From the NCBI GenBank assembly GCA_000708835.1, contig DF236971.1, positions 317,506 through 368,482 on the forward strand: a stretch of DNA of 50,977 nucleotides, in the 5' to 3' direction. Both the position numbers and the translations under genes were made by a program. Below the pieces are notes generated by a model. That model had not been told where the DNA came from. It worked only from the letters and a program-made list of their open reading frames with translations, and did not search any database. Shown here piece after piece: positions 12,363 to 23,811 of this stretch (positions within the stretch are counted from its first letter, which is position 1; each line of letters starts with the position of its first letter). Origin of the DNA: Klebsormidium nitens (Eukaryota > Plantae > Klebsormidiophyceae).

Positions 12363-13606
12363 TCTTTCCTCCTTTAATCGCACCACATTTAAATTTTCAA
12401 AGGTTCTGGTTCTGAGACCATCTGCCGCAGGTCATTCTAGTTGCAGAGGATGTCTTTTGGTGTTGAGACCATCTGCAGCGATTCACAAGGTCATGCTCGT
12501 CTGATGGGCAGTCCACCTAACCCTCCTAGAGGCTAGATCCTGATGCGGACGCTCATTTGGAAAATGGGGCCGTCAAATACTCCCTGCTGCATACCGAAAT
12601 GGCGAGGGGACGTCTACATGAGATGTTCCAGAATCCGACTGATGATCAATGATGTGCCCACAACAGCGCAGCGACTCTAAACTTTCGAAAGTGGAGACGT
12701 TGCAGGAGTTGGTTCCGTTGTCGGAGTTGGTTCCTCCTGCAAGAGTTTTCAGTCCCTGTTTGACTGGGACCCGGAGCTCTGTCACCGATCCTCATGCAGT
12801 GTCCAGAGTTCAAACCGGTATTAGTAGGTCTTGACTACGACTCATGAGCCGTGAGTCGTGACTCATGAGCGACCATGCAAATTGTGTCCGGGTTTGAATT
12901 TGTATTTCACTCTACACCCAAGCCTTTGCATGTGCAGCAAAGCGGCACCGTCGATGGGTCTCCAGCAGCTCTGCGAATCGTCCGATCGAGGAGGAGGACC
13001 CAAGTCCGCGTCAGATTCTTCTGCGCGCGCAAGAGCAGGTCAACTTTTTGAGCGCGCGCAACACTCAACGTCCACTACGCTGGTCAATCAGAGTCAACAA
13101 CATCGTCAACAAGATTACGGTAGTCAGTAGCAGCAACTTTTCAGTCACCAACTTTTCAGTCTTCAGTCAAGCGTATTATGACCCACACTGGTGACACCTT
13201 GATAGGTGTCCATATCAGGACTGCACCTACCGTACCTGATTCCCCAGTCGCCAAGGATGCCAGCATTCATCACGCAAAGAGCAGAGCTGTAGTTCCGAGG
13301 GCAGCTGCTAAATGCAGACCAAGGAGGATAATTGAGCAGTTTCCTACGTAGCTGTTGTAGGGTCCAGAGCTTGAACACTAGCCTCATTATGCTGCTCAAC
13401 TCCCCGCGTTGGAACGTTGGGGGTAAATATTCTGTAATTGCACAGGGATTGCATGTACTACCAGATACCAATCACATGTATTCAGATATTTGATCTGTGC
13501 TGTTCACAATTTTTGAATTCTTGATCTGAAGTACTGTTTCAATAGAAAGAGCTCGTCACGTTGGGCAGCAGCACCTCGAATTGACCGCCTTTTTTGCTCC
13601 TGCGCA

Positions 13607-16484
13607 ATGGGCGATCTGGCAAGCAATGAACCTGTTCCCATTATACTTGTGACTGGAGCAACGGGGTCTCAGGGAGGGGGGGTTGTACGCCACCTTTTGA
13701 AGGGGGGGGGTTTCAAAGTCCGTGGGCTCACACGTGATGCCACATCTGTAAAAGCGCGAGCTCTTGTGGAGAGAGGGGTGGATGTAGTCCAAGGAGACCT
13801 CTTACAGCCAGATTCATTGACAAAAGTGAGTGCCACTGTTACAGGTTTGGCCGCCAGATAAATCACAATGCTGGGGTCTTTCATGCCCCCCACCGATAAG
13901 AAAGACAGATTTGAGCTCAATGGGGAAAGTTGATCAAGTTAGGAAGTGAACGTTATCTGAGGTCAGAGACTTGTGCTGACATGACGCACGTGTTGTCCGC
14001 TGTGAGTTCTCATTGATCCTCAGAAGAGTGCTTTGTTAAAGTTTTGTTGTCACTGAGCCACTTTGACAAAGTTAGACGTCCGTAAAAGATGGGATGGCGG
14101 TGACTGGAGAAGCCGCCAGATGAAGGGATGTGCTGCACCTGATGCACTATCTCAAAACTTGCCTCATGAAGGATGCTACTGACCCAACTCATCCACACTA
14201 TGCTAACGAAACACAGTAGTCCTTAACTTAGCTATTCCGCCTATTTCCCTTCAGGCTTTTGCCGGGGCCAGCACACTTTTCTTGGTCACCGACTACTGGG
14301 GCAGCCGCGATGCTGACGTGGAGATAAAGATGGGCAAGAACGCAATCGACGCAGCGAAAGCCGCTGGAATCGACTTTGTGCTTTTCAGCTCTTTGGAGGA
14401 TCCGGGGCCGATTGCCGGAGGCAAGATGGAGGAGGCAGTGCCGGGGAGGATCATGCCACAGTTTGAGAGCAAGGTTCGTACATTGTGGTTTATCTTCTCA
14501 GTTCCCAGCTGGTGGTCATGTCCAACCGCAACCTGAAATAATCTACCAGTAGATTTGTAAGTTTTACATCAAACAGGAGACCCACTTCATTCTCACAATA
14601 TACGAAAATGTGAGATGGAGATGAATCCAGCAATCCACTGGTTCTGAGGGGCTTGAAAGGAATGAAACCAGAAATATTTTTTGGCGAGACCGTTTGAGGC
14701 TCAAAAGAAGTCAAGCAGGATCCGGGCGCTAGCTCCTAACCATACTTTATGTCGGCTGGGAACTCGGACCAGGAGCTATTCTTCAGAGCAAATATCATAT
14801 TCACTACGCTTCAACAAAGATTGACACTGCATCCGAGAATCTCAATCTTTGTTCTTCCTTGCGTAAATGTCTCATGAGAATTGGGTCTGAAACTTCGAAT
14901 TCCCGACCCTCTCTACCTTACTTCGTTCAAGGACCTGCCGGGGGAGAAGTACTAAAAACCTTTCCGTTCGCTGGATTTCCCATATTTCAGACTCGGGTCA
15001 GACTCCTTGCTGATCTTCGTATTAGCCTGTTCTTCGCAGGCTGAGATTGAGGCGCACCTCCGGCAGTCGGGCCTCCCCTTTGCGACCCTCCTGACCTGCA
15101 TGTTCTACGACGACTTCGTCAACTTTCCGTTCCTTCAGCCGCAAGCGGACGGAACCTTCGTCTTCTACAGCAACTGCGGCCCCGCACCGCACCCCTGGCA
15201 CTGCGCCGACGACGTGGGGGGATGCTCAGCCGTCATTTTCCGGGAGCAAGACAAGTGAGTACGCCGGTCATGTTTTGCCGTGAGACTCTGCTCCGGCCGT
15301 TGTCAAGGGGCCTCGCATGTTGCGAGCTTCACTCCTCAGAAGCTTCTTGAATTTCGTAGGACCCCTTGGATGTGTTCACATGACACTAATCAATCGCGTC
15401 TTGAGTACGTATGCTTTAATCTGTGAGCCGTTGTTTTTGTTTGAGAAGCTACAAGCGAAGAAGTCTGGTCGTCTTGCATTGCCACGCCAGGACACGCGAG
15501 CTCATCGTTAAAACCGACAACTCAAAATGGACGGGTCGGGGCAATCTCTCTTGGACTCGGAGTCCAAGAGACGAAACAAACAAACTCTCCCTTTCATTGA
15601 ATCTCGGCTACATATTCGCCCCTAACCCTGCGCCTAAACCAACCCCCAACCCCTTTTCTTAACCTCCTTCTAGGTTCAACGGCCGTACCATCCCAGTCGT
15701 TGGCGAGCACATCTCGTGCTCCGATCTGGCGAAAACCGTGTCCGAAGTGACGGGGAAGACCGTCCGGCACCAGGAGCTTCCGGACGCCATTGCACGCGGG
15801 GCGTACGGAGCGGACCTCGCCAACATTTACGTTTTCCTCAGGTGTGTGGATGTGTTATGGTTACGAACCATGCCTTAGGTCAGACCTTTGTGCCGTTTAC
15901 AAGAAAGATTTTGTCGGCTCTTTAGGAAGAGAAGCGGAAAGCAGACTCTGACGTAACAATCTAGATTCTTGCAGGTCTGGGCATGTCATTCGCTCGTTTC
16001 TCACTTCTGTCTTTCCAGCGCATTTGTAGCACCGTTCCCTCCAAGATCCGTCTATGTTCCTTGCCTCTTCACGGGTTTGAACGTCGATTGTCAGTGATCG
16101 AGCGAACTCATGCCAAGCTAGCGGTCGTGTAGGTCGCGAAACTCTGTCGGCCCTACTCAAAGCAGATGGTCCCACAATCGATTGAATCTTTCAGTATCAC
16201 TACGGTGTTCCTTTTCTTCTTTTGACTCTTTCTCCCAACCATTTAGAAGATATTTCCGGCCGCCACCCTGCCATTGCCTGAGAACTCATACTTCTCCAAG
16301 ATTCCTTTCGAAACGCCGTCGTTGACTTGAATTATACTCGATCAACAGGGACTTTCCCTTCCACGACGAGTCGCGGTCGGTCTCCGCTGCACATGCGATT
16401 TACAAGGGCCCCACCTTTCGGCAGTGGGCCGAGCAGAACCGGGAGGCCCTGCTACGGGTCATGTCACAGTCGTCCCCCGTATGA
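13607..16484 (+). CDS. NmrA-like family protein (atypical SDR, NAD(P)-binding Rossmann fold), 318 aa
   Basis: ILVTGATGSQGGGVVRHLL, VRGLTRD, VVQGDL, HFESK-like QFESKAEIE and a C-terminal TFRQWAEQN. Exons 13607-13825, 14255-14473, 15040-15254, 15674-15841, 16349-16484 (957 nt, phases consistent). Confidence 0.9.
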
Positions 16485-17802
16485 TTCGACCGGGTCGTGG
16501 CGCCGCTGATAACTAACTGAAGCTGATTCTCGTGAGGACCACACCGGCACCATTGAACGTCAAGTTAAGTTGACTCCACTGGGTGCCTTTGCGAGCTTGA
16601 AGATATAGTTGTTTTTACGCGTCTTTCTGGCGCAGGTCTTCTGACACTGAGTCCCCGCGTTGACTCACGCACGTCAATCATTCTGTCTGTCAAAATCGAT
16701 ACGCGCCAGTGGAACTTGGAAGCCTGCCGTGTCTTGATCGAGCAAAGCTTCTTCGGCTGAACGTACGTAAATTTTGCCGCGATTGACGGACATGTGTGCA
16801 AATCCAAGAGACCATGCATTCATACTCTAGTCCGCTCAGCTGAAGCCTCGACCATATGAGCGATCATGTGGTGACACGTGTCCGATCCGGCATGCATGCA
16901 TCAGTGCATTGATTATGCAGCCTCACGTATAGATAGATACTGGGAGCGGCCCCGGCGAATCGATGGAATTCGGCCAATTCCAGATCCGTCCAAAGGAACT
17001 TGATACACGGGCCCGCAGTTTTTCATAAAGACGGCCGCTTGCAATGATGCAGGTATTGATTGTTCTGTCTCTGGAGTACTCGACAGTAAAACACAATAAG
17101 AATGATTGACCGTACAATCTGGCTACTATACTTGCATCCGCTACATACTTGAATAGAGGCTGGCGGTTGCAATATCAACGGTCGCATATATTGCCAATAG
17201 CTGATCATGAAGTCGGTGTTTCGATGATGAAAACTCGTGATCGCATATGATTGTTTGCGCGCTCTCATGTCATTGATGATCAGTAAATGATGAATCATGA
17301 TGGTGCTGCACAGTCCGACTCAATTGTGTGCATACAACGGAAAGCTCGCGGCCATATGCACAATGAATTTGTGGCCCGTCTCCAGACACATGTTCTTCTT
17401 ATCGAATCGCATGATGTGTCCATCGGCAACCATTCAGTATATACTTTTTAACAACTGCATACGAGAAAACGGTGCTCATGACACGGAGCGGCCGGAGCCC
17501 GGCCTGCCCAGCCTGGCTGCGTGAGCGTAGTAACTCAGTCCTACCAGGTCCGGGCGAGCGTATTTCTAGATTTGCAGGTGAAAGATTAGGAGGTAACCTG
17601 TTGTGGCACAGTTCCAAGTGCCGGCCCGGAAAACCGTTTTCTGCACGGACGAGCTCGTAATTAGCAGAGTGCCCTTGATCGCCTTTTGCAATGGAAGCAC
17701 GGGCGACTGCGTTCCGCCCTGATTCAAATCCTCCGTCACGAACTTATTCGTTGGGGAAGTTCTAGCGTCCCACCGATCATTTATGCTGGCCCAGTACCTC
17801 AC

Positions 17803-20800
17803 TCACTTCCGAAAGAGGGCGGCGCACAGCACGGTCATGCCGCCCGGGTATCTCCCCGGCTCCTGAGCCAGGTTATCGCAGATCCGCTCGTATAACCGGT
17901 TGGCCCGTTCGGTGCCCATGTGGCAACAAACCTGCGGCTGGAACGCGGCCCATACCTGGTTGGCGGTAGGGGGAGAGGACCGGCGGGGACCTGTGTCGGG
18001 ATAGAGCAACTTTATCCAGCGTTTGCTTTGTTTTCAAGCGCCTTAAAAAGGAGATCGCCGGGCAGATACTTGGTCCGACCGCAGCGTACTTTGTTGACTT
18101 TCTGGTATAGCTATAAAATGGCCTGCCCGTACATACGTGAAGCAATGAGATGGGACAAGTGTTCCATTAGAACGGAACCCTGATAGGCGTGATGGGAGTC
18201 AGCCAGAAAGCATGTGAGCATCGGTGCTGCTCAAACTTGAGCACAGCAGTCCAAGTGACGGCAGCAGCAACGGTGGGCAGTTCTAATTGCAGCTCAGGCC
18301 TTTAACAGATTCTTGAAGACAACCTAAGGTAAGAGCAGCAGAATCAAGACTAGCAGTCCATTTCTTGTCCCTTAGCTTCAGACAAACGAGTCCGCTGCGC
18401 GGTCCCAACGCTTGGGAAGACTTGAATTTGTTTCCGATGATGCTGGATTGGCAAGTATCGAAATTGAGCCCAAGACACGTTCTCTTCAAATGCTGTTACG
18501 TTCTTCCTCCAACCCTTAGTCGGTCGAGAACTATGGGCAAATGTTCTTAGGATGGGAAGGTGTAGGAGTTGCATCAATAGCTTTGCCTGCTTTTTTGGCT
18601 CTAGTGTATAACAATTTGTCAGAATCAATTGGTTTTTACCCACTAAAGGGTGTATATATGGGAAACCCGCAGGAAACGATTTGAAATCAAACGCCATTGT
18701 TATCCTTAATCGCAATGCAAGTGCAAAGCGATTGCTCCAATTTTCTGGCCCCAAGCAGCAACTCACAGGCTTGTAGAAATATGACAGAAAAGGAGAATAG
18801 TCACGAATGTTGAAAGAAGTTGACGGAAGGGAATATGTCACGAACGTCGAAAACAATTTACCTTGCTCACTTCCACCCGCCAATTGGTCGGCGTCTGCTC
18901 CCCTCTTGCTACGTACGTATTGCAGCGCGTGGATGTCGAACGCCTCGCTCTCGTTCACCGCTTGCCAAACCCCCGGCACGGTTGGGTAGTACGCTGCATC
19001 GGACGCAAAGAATATGACGTCAGCCAAGCCTGAGCCCACATCCGCGAAGCTTTTTAATTCCTGTTGAAAGCTGAAAGTCCCGCAGAGATCAAGACCTACC
19101 TCCACGCTTATCGGGGATACTCACAAGAAGGCTCTCTAGTAGTTCAGCCCGATCTCAATCACTAAACGACTTGTGGACACGAAACAATGTTGGCAGAGGG
19201 CCTGCATGTCGCCTCTCACCCGGAACGTTGAAGCAATCAATGACGTGGCTCTCCAGAGCCCCTTCTTCCGTTAGCTCTCGCCACGCGTCTTCTAGTACGC
19301 GCACCAACGTGTCACTCCGACAGCCCTCCGTGGTGTCGTCCCACGACGGCATGAAGACCCACAGCAAGCCGCCAGGTCGCAGTTCCGCGGCTCTGCATTG
19401 AACAGAAACGAGATCCAAAGCTACGATGAAGAACTCTTAAGAATAATAAAAAAGATGGATATTTGTAGGGAGGCATGAGGAACGTTAAAGTGGCAAAAGG
19501 AAAGATAAAGTCGAGAGCGTCACAGAGGTTTCTGACTGCAGCTCCGAGGATCTGTAAAAGTATGAGAAGTCGTCAAAAGGAGCGGAGGTAGTAATATGCG
19601 ATAGATAGTAATAGAGAATAGTCGAAGCTGCGAGTTTCTGGAGAAGGGCGTTGCACACATGCAGCGGCGAAAGGAAAGGCGAAGTCAGCAAGGCGAAGTC
19701 AGCAATCTTGCCAAACCGTAGGAATCGCTTGCACTGAGGAGAAGTGAGAGCAACGAATTGTGACGAGTCGTCTCGGAAGAGTCGGAAAAGGTTTGTTGCA
19801 GCAGCTGGATGATTTTGATCAGGCATCGGGAACATGAGGGGGTGTCAAAGAGAGTTAAGACCAACATGACGAGAACGTCGAAGGAGATTTGAAGCAACAG
19901 CTCCATAAACTTGTAACTAGGAAAGTTCTTGACCCCTCCTCCATCACCTAAAAGCGTGAAGAGGATGAAGGATGTCCGAGATTAATAAATACACGTCGGA
20001 TTCTAAGTAAAGAACCGTGAAGAGACGGGTGGAGGTCAAAGTGTAATAGCAGCGCCCCTCCGTGGCCCTGAGAGGAGACAGCCCTGACTTGGCGGCGAGT
20101 GGATTCACACGGCAATTTGGGACAAAGATACAAATCAAGACCAACGGCGATGCTTCCAGCCCATGCTCGGCGCCTGACATCCGATTTGACGGTCGCAGAG
20201 ACACATTCGGTTTGATAACCTTGTCCCCAACCTTCTTAGGAGCCCGCCTAATTCTGTGTCGTCAGTTTGCACTTTGATATCAACAATGGTTTGATGAGTA
20301 GTACAGGGCCGAATCACAATCGTCTGAAGAAGATTACAGCGGCAAGATTCCCCTGTGCTGTAGCAGGATTCGCTGAAAAGCACCTGAAGTTAAGCGATTG
20401 AAAGGGCCAAAACGCTTACCTACCTGTGCTCCAAAAACTGTCGCAGATCTGACTCGCGCTGCCGGCGGTAGGCTTCCGCAACGTGCAACGGCGCGTCTCT
20501 GTAGCACCAGATGCGACCGGGGTTCCACCCGGGGGCTTCCGCCTCAGGTGGCAGTCTGCAAACGAAATGGACATGTTATGAAAGGTGCCGGGCAAGTTTG
20601 CCAGAAAAGGAAAATGTTGCACCCAGGTCTTCCTCCTTGGGTGGGAGTTTGCGCAGGAGCTGAGTACAAGTGAGATATGGGTTTCAGTACATTGCATCGG
20701 GAGAAGAGAAAGCCACAGACGGAGCGTTCTAGACAACTGTCACTCCTTTCCAAAGGCCCTTTTGCAGGGGTCTTGAGTAAGACTACAAGGTGTTTTCAGG

Positions 20801-21821
20801 TGTGCAGCTTAGACAGGCCACAGGCATACCTACCAGCACTCAGCGTGTCTAAATAGTTTCTTACTCCAGGCACCTAAGTTTGATTCTTTCAACGAAAACT
20901 CCCCAAGGAATCAACTGTCCAAGCTCTGTATCTGTTTTGACCATCTTTTCATTGCAAAATAAGCAAGAAAGCATCCATCTAGCTGCCCTCGCAACATCAT
21001 GCAGATCATGTGTTAAGCACCCCCCACCTTGAGAGCCATTGCAAAGAAAAACTAGTGGTGGCAACGTCCAGAAATGCGTCCGGGAACAGCCGCTCGTAGA
21101 AAGACCCGGGAACAGCTGCCACTCGGCAGGGCAGCCCGGTTATCCCCCCACTTTCTGGTCGCTTGCTGGCGGTGTGAATGTGCCCCATGAGAGTGGCCCA
21201 ATCATTGTCTGGCAGGTCTGAGAAGAAGGCTAGCACCATCTGTGGGTCAAAGTGACTATCGCCCCTGGAGGCTTTCATTTCAGAAGTTTGTAAAGCGGAG
21301 GTGCCGATGTTTTTCAGCAGAGACGCGTCCGTCGACCTGCCACTCTGGTTGACTTCTCTTTGCTCGGCGGTCTTTGCAGAAGCCTCTGGCTCCTCTTGTC
21401 CACTATTCTCCGGAATCTTTGGAATCTCTGGGATCTGACTTTCTTCTTCCACTGACTTTGCATCACCGTCCAACTTCTCAGCCCTTCCCCCCTGAAGCCT
21501 TTCTGAAGTGCATAAAAAGTTGCTGCCCTCATCCTGGGGCTCATTCGCACTTCCTAAAGCCAGCCAATGCATTATCAGCTCCATCTGCGCCACAGCATTC
21601 TTCCCAGTTGCTGATCCTAGGTCAGCAATGCAAACAGTTTGCTGACTGCTCTCAGCTTTCAACTCCCTTCTGAGCTGCAACCAATGGCCCAAAGCGTGCT
21701 TGAGAATCGGTCCCCCCAGCTCGCTGAAAGCATCCCCCTGTCTGGCGCTGTTCTCATCGTAGCTGGCATTGCCTGGCCCCCCTGCCATAACTGGGGGCAG
21801 CTGCGCGGGCGCTGAGGTCAT
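17803..21821 (-). CDS. SABATH family (Methyltransf_7) SAM-dependent carboxyl methyltransferase, paralog A, 472 aa
   Basis: MAGGPGNASYDENSARQ, IADLGSATGKN, DLPDNDW, PGSFYERLFP, SLQWLS, RAAELRPGG, FNVPAYYPT. Exons 21821-21028, 20555-20424, 19392-19220, 18993-18862, 17990-17803 (1419 nt). Confidence 0.9.
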
Positions 21822-22272
21822 GCTGCTGATGTGGACTCGCAATGCGAGGCTGCTTTTGCTACTATAAGGCTAGAACACACGAATCTGCCAGAAACTAGGT
21901 TTACATCCTGAATATCAGTCAATCTTGTAGCTTGAGAAAGAGTTCTTTCTTGGACCGGATGGAGATTGCAATCTGCTGCGCGAAAGCGCGCAACATGCAA
22001 GCTATGTTACTGCGCCTATTTAACTTGGTGCCAAACATGCGTCTTCCAATTTCTGCGTCCAGCTGAGAAGAATGCCACTCTGATCAGATCCATGCAGCTG
22101 TTGCGCGCACTCATCCACGGCCCAGCGCGCTCCTTCCGATCAGCCTGTGTGGCGGCAGGCAGCATGCACTGCCAGCAGCTGTCACGGTGGGGCGCGTTTG
22201 CAGCTGGAGAGCACTCCCGCAACCCTCTATCGACGGCAGTCATCTGGCATCAGCCATGATCGACGGCTTTAA

Positions 22273-22825
22273 AGTGGGCGTGCCCCTACAAAACCCCCTT
22301 CGGCTCGAATTTCCGCGGACAACATTGTGCCCGGGGGATTTGGTCGTAGCGTATTGGCAGAGCGCAGAGTCACAGGCCAGAAATTCACGGGTTCAAACCT
22401 CGCAGAAGTGCATTCTTTTTCGTTCTTTTTGGGTGTTCCGGAGAGCGGCGCATGCAGAATCACGGTGGTTTCCACTAAGGTGAGCCCCCGCAGTGTGGAA
22501 GTCACTACTGTGACCTGGAAATTGGGAGCGCTGTAGAACCCGGCGACTCCGGCGCGTTGCGGCGCAGGTCTCAACAATCCACAGCGATATTGAAATGGCT
22601 CGTGGCCCGTGGCTCCGGCCTAATCAATTAGTCGGGCGCAAATTTCCGGTTTACCGTACGCCGGAGTCATGAGTTTCAACCGAGGACCGAGTCTCGGCTC
22701 AAGAACAAAGTGCATGCAGACCCGTCGATTTTCATGGCATCTACGGTACAAACACTGACGGATTGTAGCCGACGGCTGCCGAAGTTGCTTTACCGTCCGG
22801 CGTTCCGCGGAACAGAACGCCCACT
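22273..22825. mobile_element. 553-bp non-autonomous DNA transposon candidate, Kolobok-like (TTAA flanks, AG...CT termini)
   Basis: TTAA at 22269-22272 and 22826-22829; terminal inverted repeat AGTGGGCGT / ACGCCCACT (15-bp inverted repeat including flanks); no transposase ORF. Confidence 0.55.
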
Positions 22826-23811
22826 TTAAAGGAGTACCGCACCAAGCGCAATAATCTGGTGATCACCGTGAGAGCGCGCGACCTGCGCGCGGTGAAGCCG
22901 CGGTCGTGCGCGTGGCCGCGCGAGACAGTACGATCTTGAAGCGCCCATTGCGCCGCAGCACAAAAGATGCTACTGTAGCTAACAATTTAAAAAGGACTTG
23001 CGTGACAATTTCGCATACCTACAAAGCTTACTGACCTTATGTTACCCACAATAACTGTAGCTAGGCTAATTGGACGTCTGCTTGTCTGCTTGATCGACTT
23101 GCCGAGAGCGGAGGAGAAATACTACATCAATGTATAAATTGGTCCAAATATCTGGAGTATGATCTAGTCCTAAGATTCGATTGCTCGAGTCGAAGCGATC
23201 TGCGCGGTTTCCCGTGCTGCCGGCGCAAATCACCGAATCACGGTCTCGTCTTCTCAAGGCTTCACTGAAGTACTGAAGTTGATGTCAACAGTTAAAGTAC
23301 TTGCAAATGCTCTTGGTCCAGCCGACATCTGCCTACTGAGAAAGCGTTCGGTACTGACGATGTCGACCCACATTGATGTTGACGAGGTGCTCCGTCCCAT
23401 GCAAACGGCCGCACAATGTTGTCTGTGTCGACGCGCACGAATAATGCCAAGTGAAAAGATGCGCCCTTCACTGTCTTCCACTGGTTTGCGCCGGCATCGC
23501 AGTTTGAGGCAACTCCAGCAATCAAAGCCGTTATTGACAGGTCTTCCTGCCTCCTCTTTCTGTCACTGCAAATGATTCGCTTCGGAAAGGTGAAGCGTTG
23601 CTCCAAGACGTCGAGTACGGTTGAGACCAGCCGGTTGCTTTTTCAAACACAAGCCCACGCTCGAGCTTGCTTCAAAAAGCCTGCGGCACACTGGCGTTTG
23701 AGAATGTAAGGCGCCCCTCTTCCTCTATGCCTATCCTTTCAAAAGCTGCAGGACCGCTTCCAGATTGCGTCCCTTCAAAACAAGGCCACTGAGCTGCTTG
23801 AAAAGCGCATC

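Noticed and set aside
16290-16380. Possible ghost copy of the NmrA last-exon start
   Set aside because: Only ~12/20 identity; not distinguishable from chance.
16800-17500. ATGCAT-rich intergenic tract possibly homologous to 44480-44720
   Set aside because: Only scattered 10-13-bp matches and no collinear alignment I could support.
18350-19105. 251-aa ORF as a stand-alone gene
   Set aside because: Only 18993-18862 (SABATH-A exon 4) has SABATH similarity; the rest is intron read-through.
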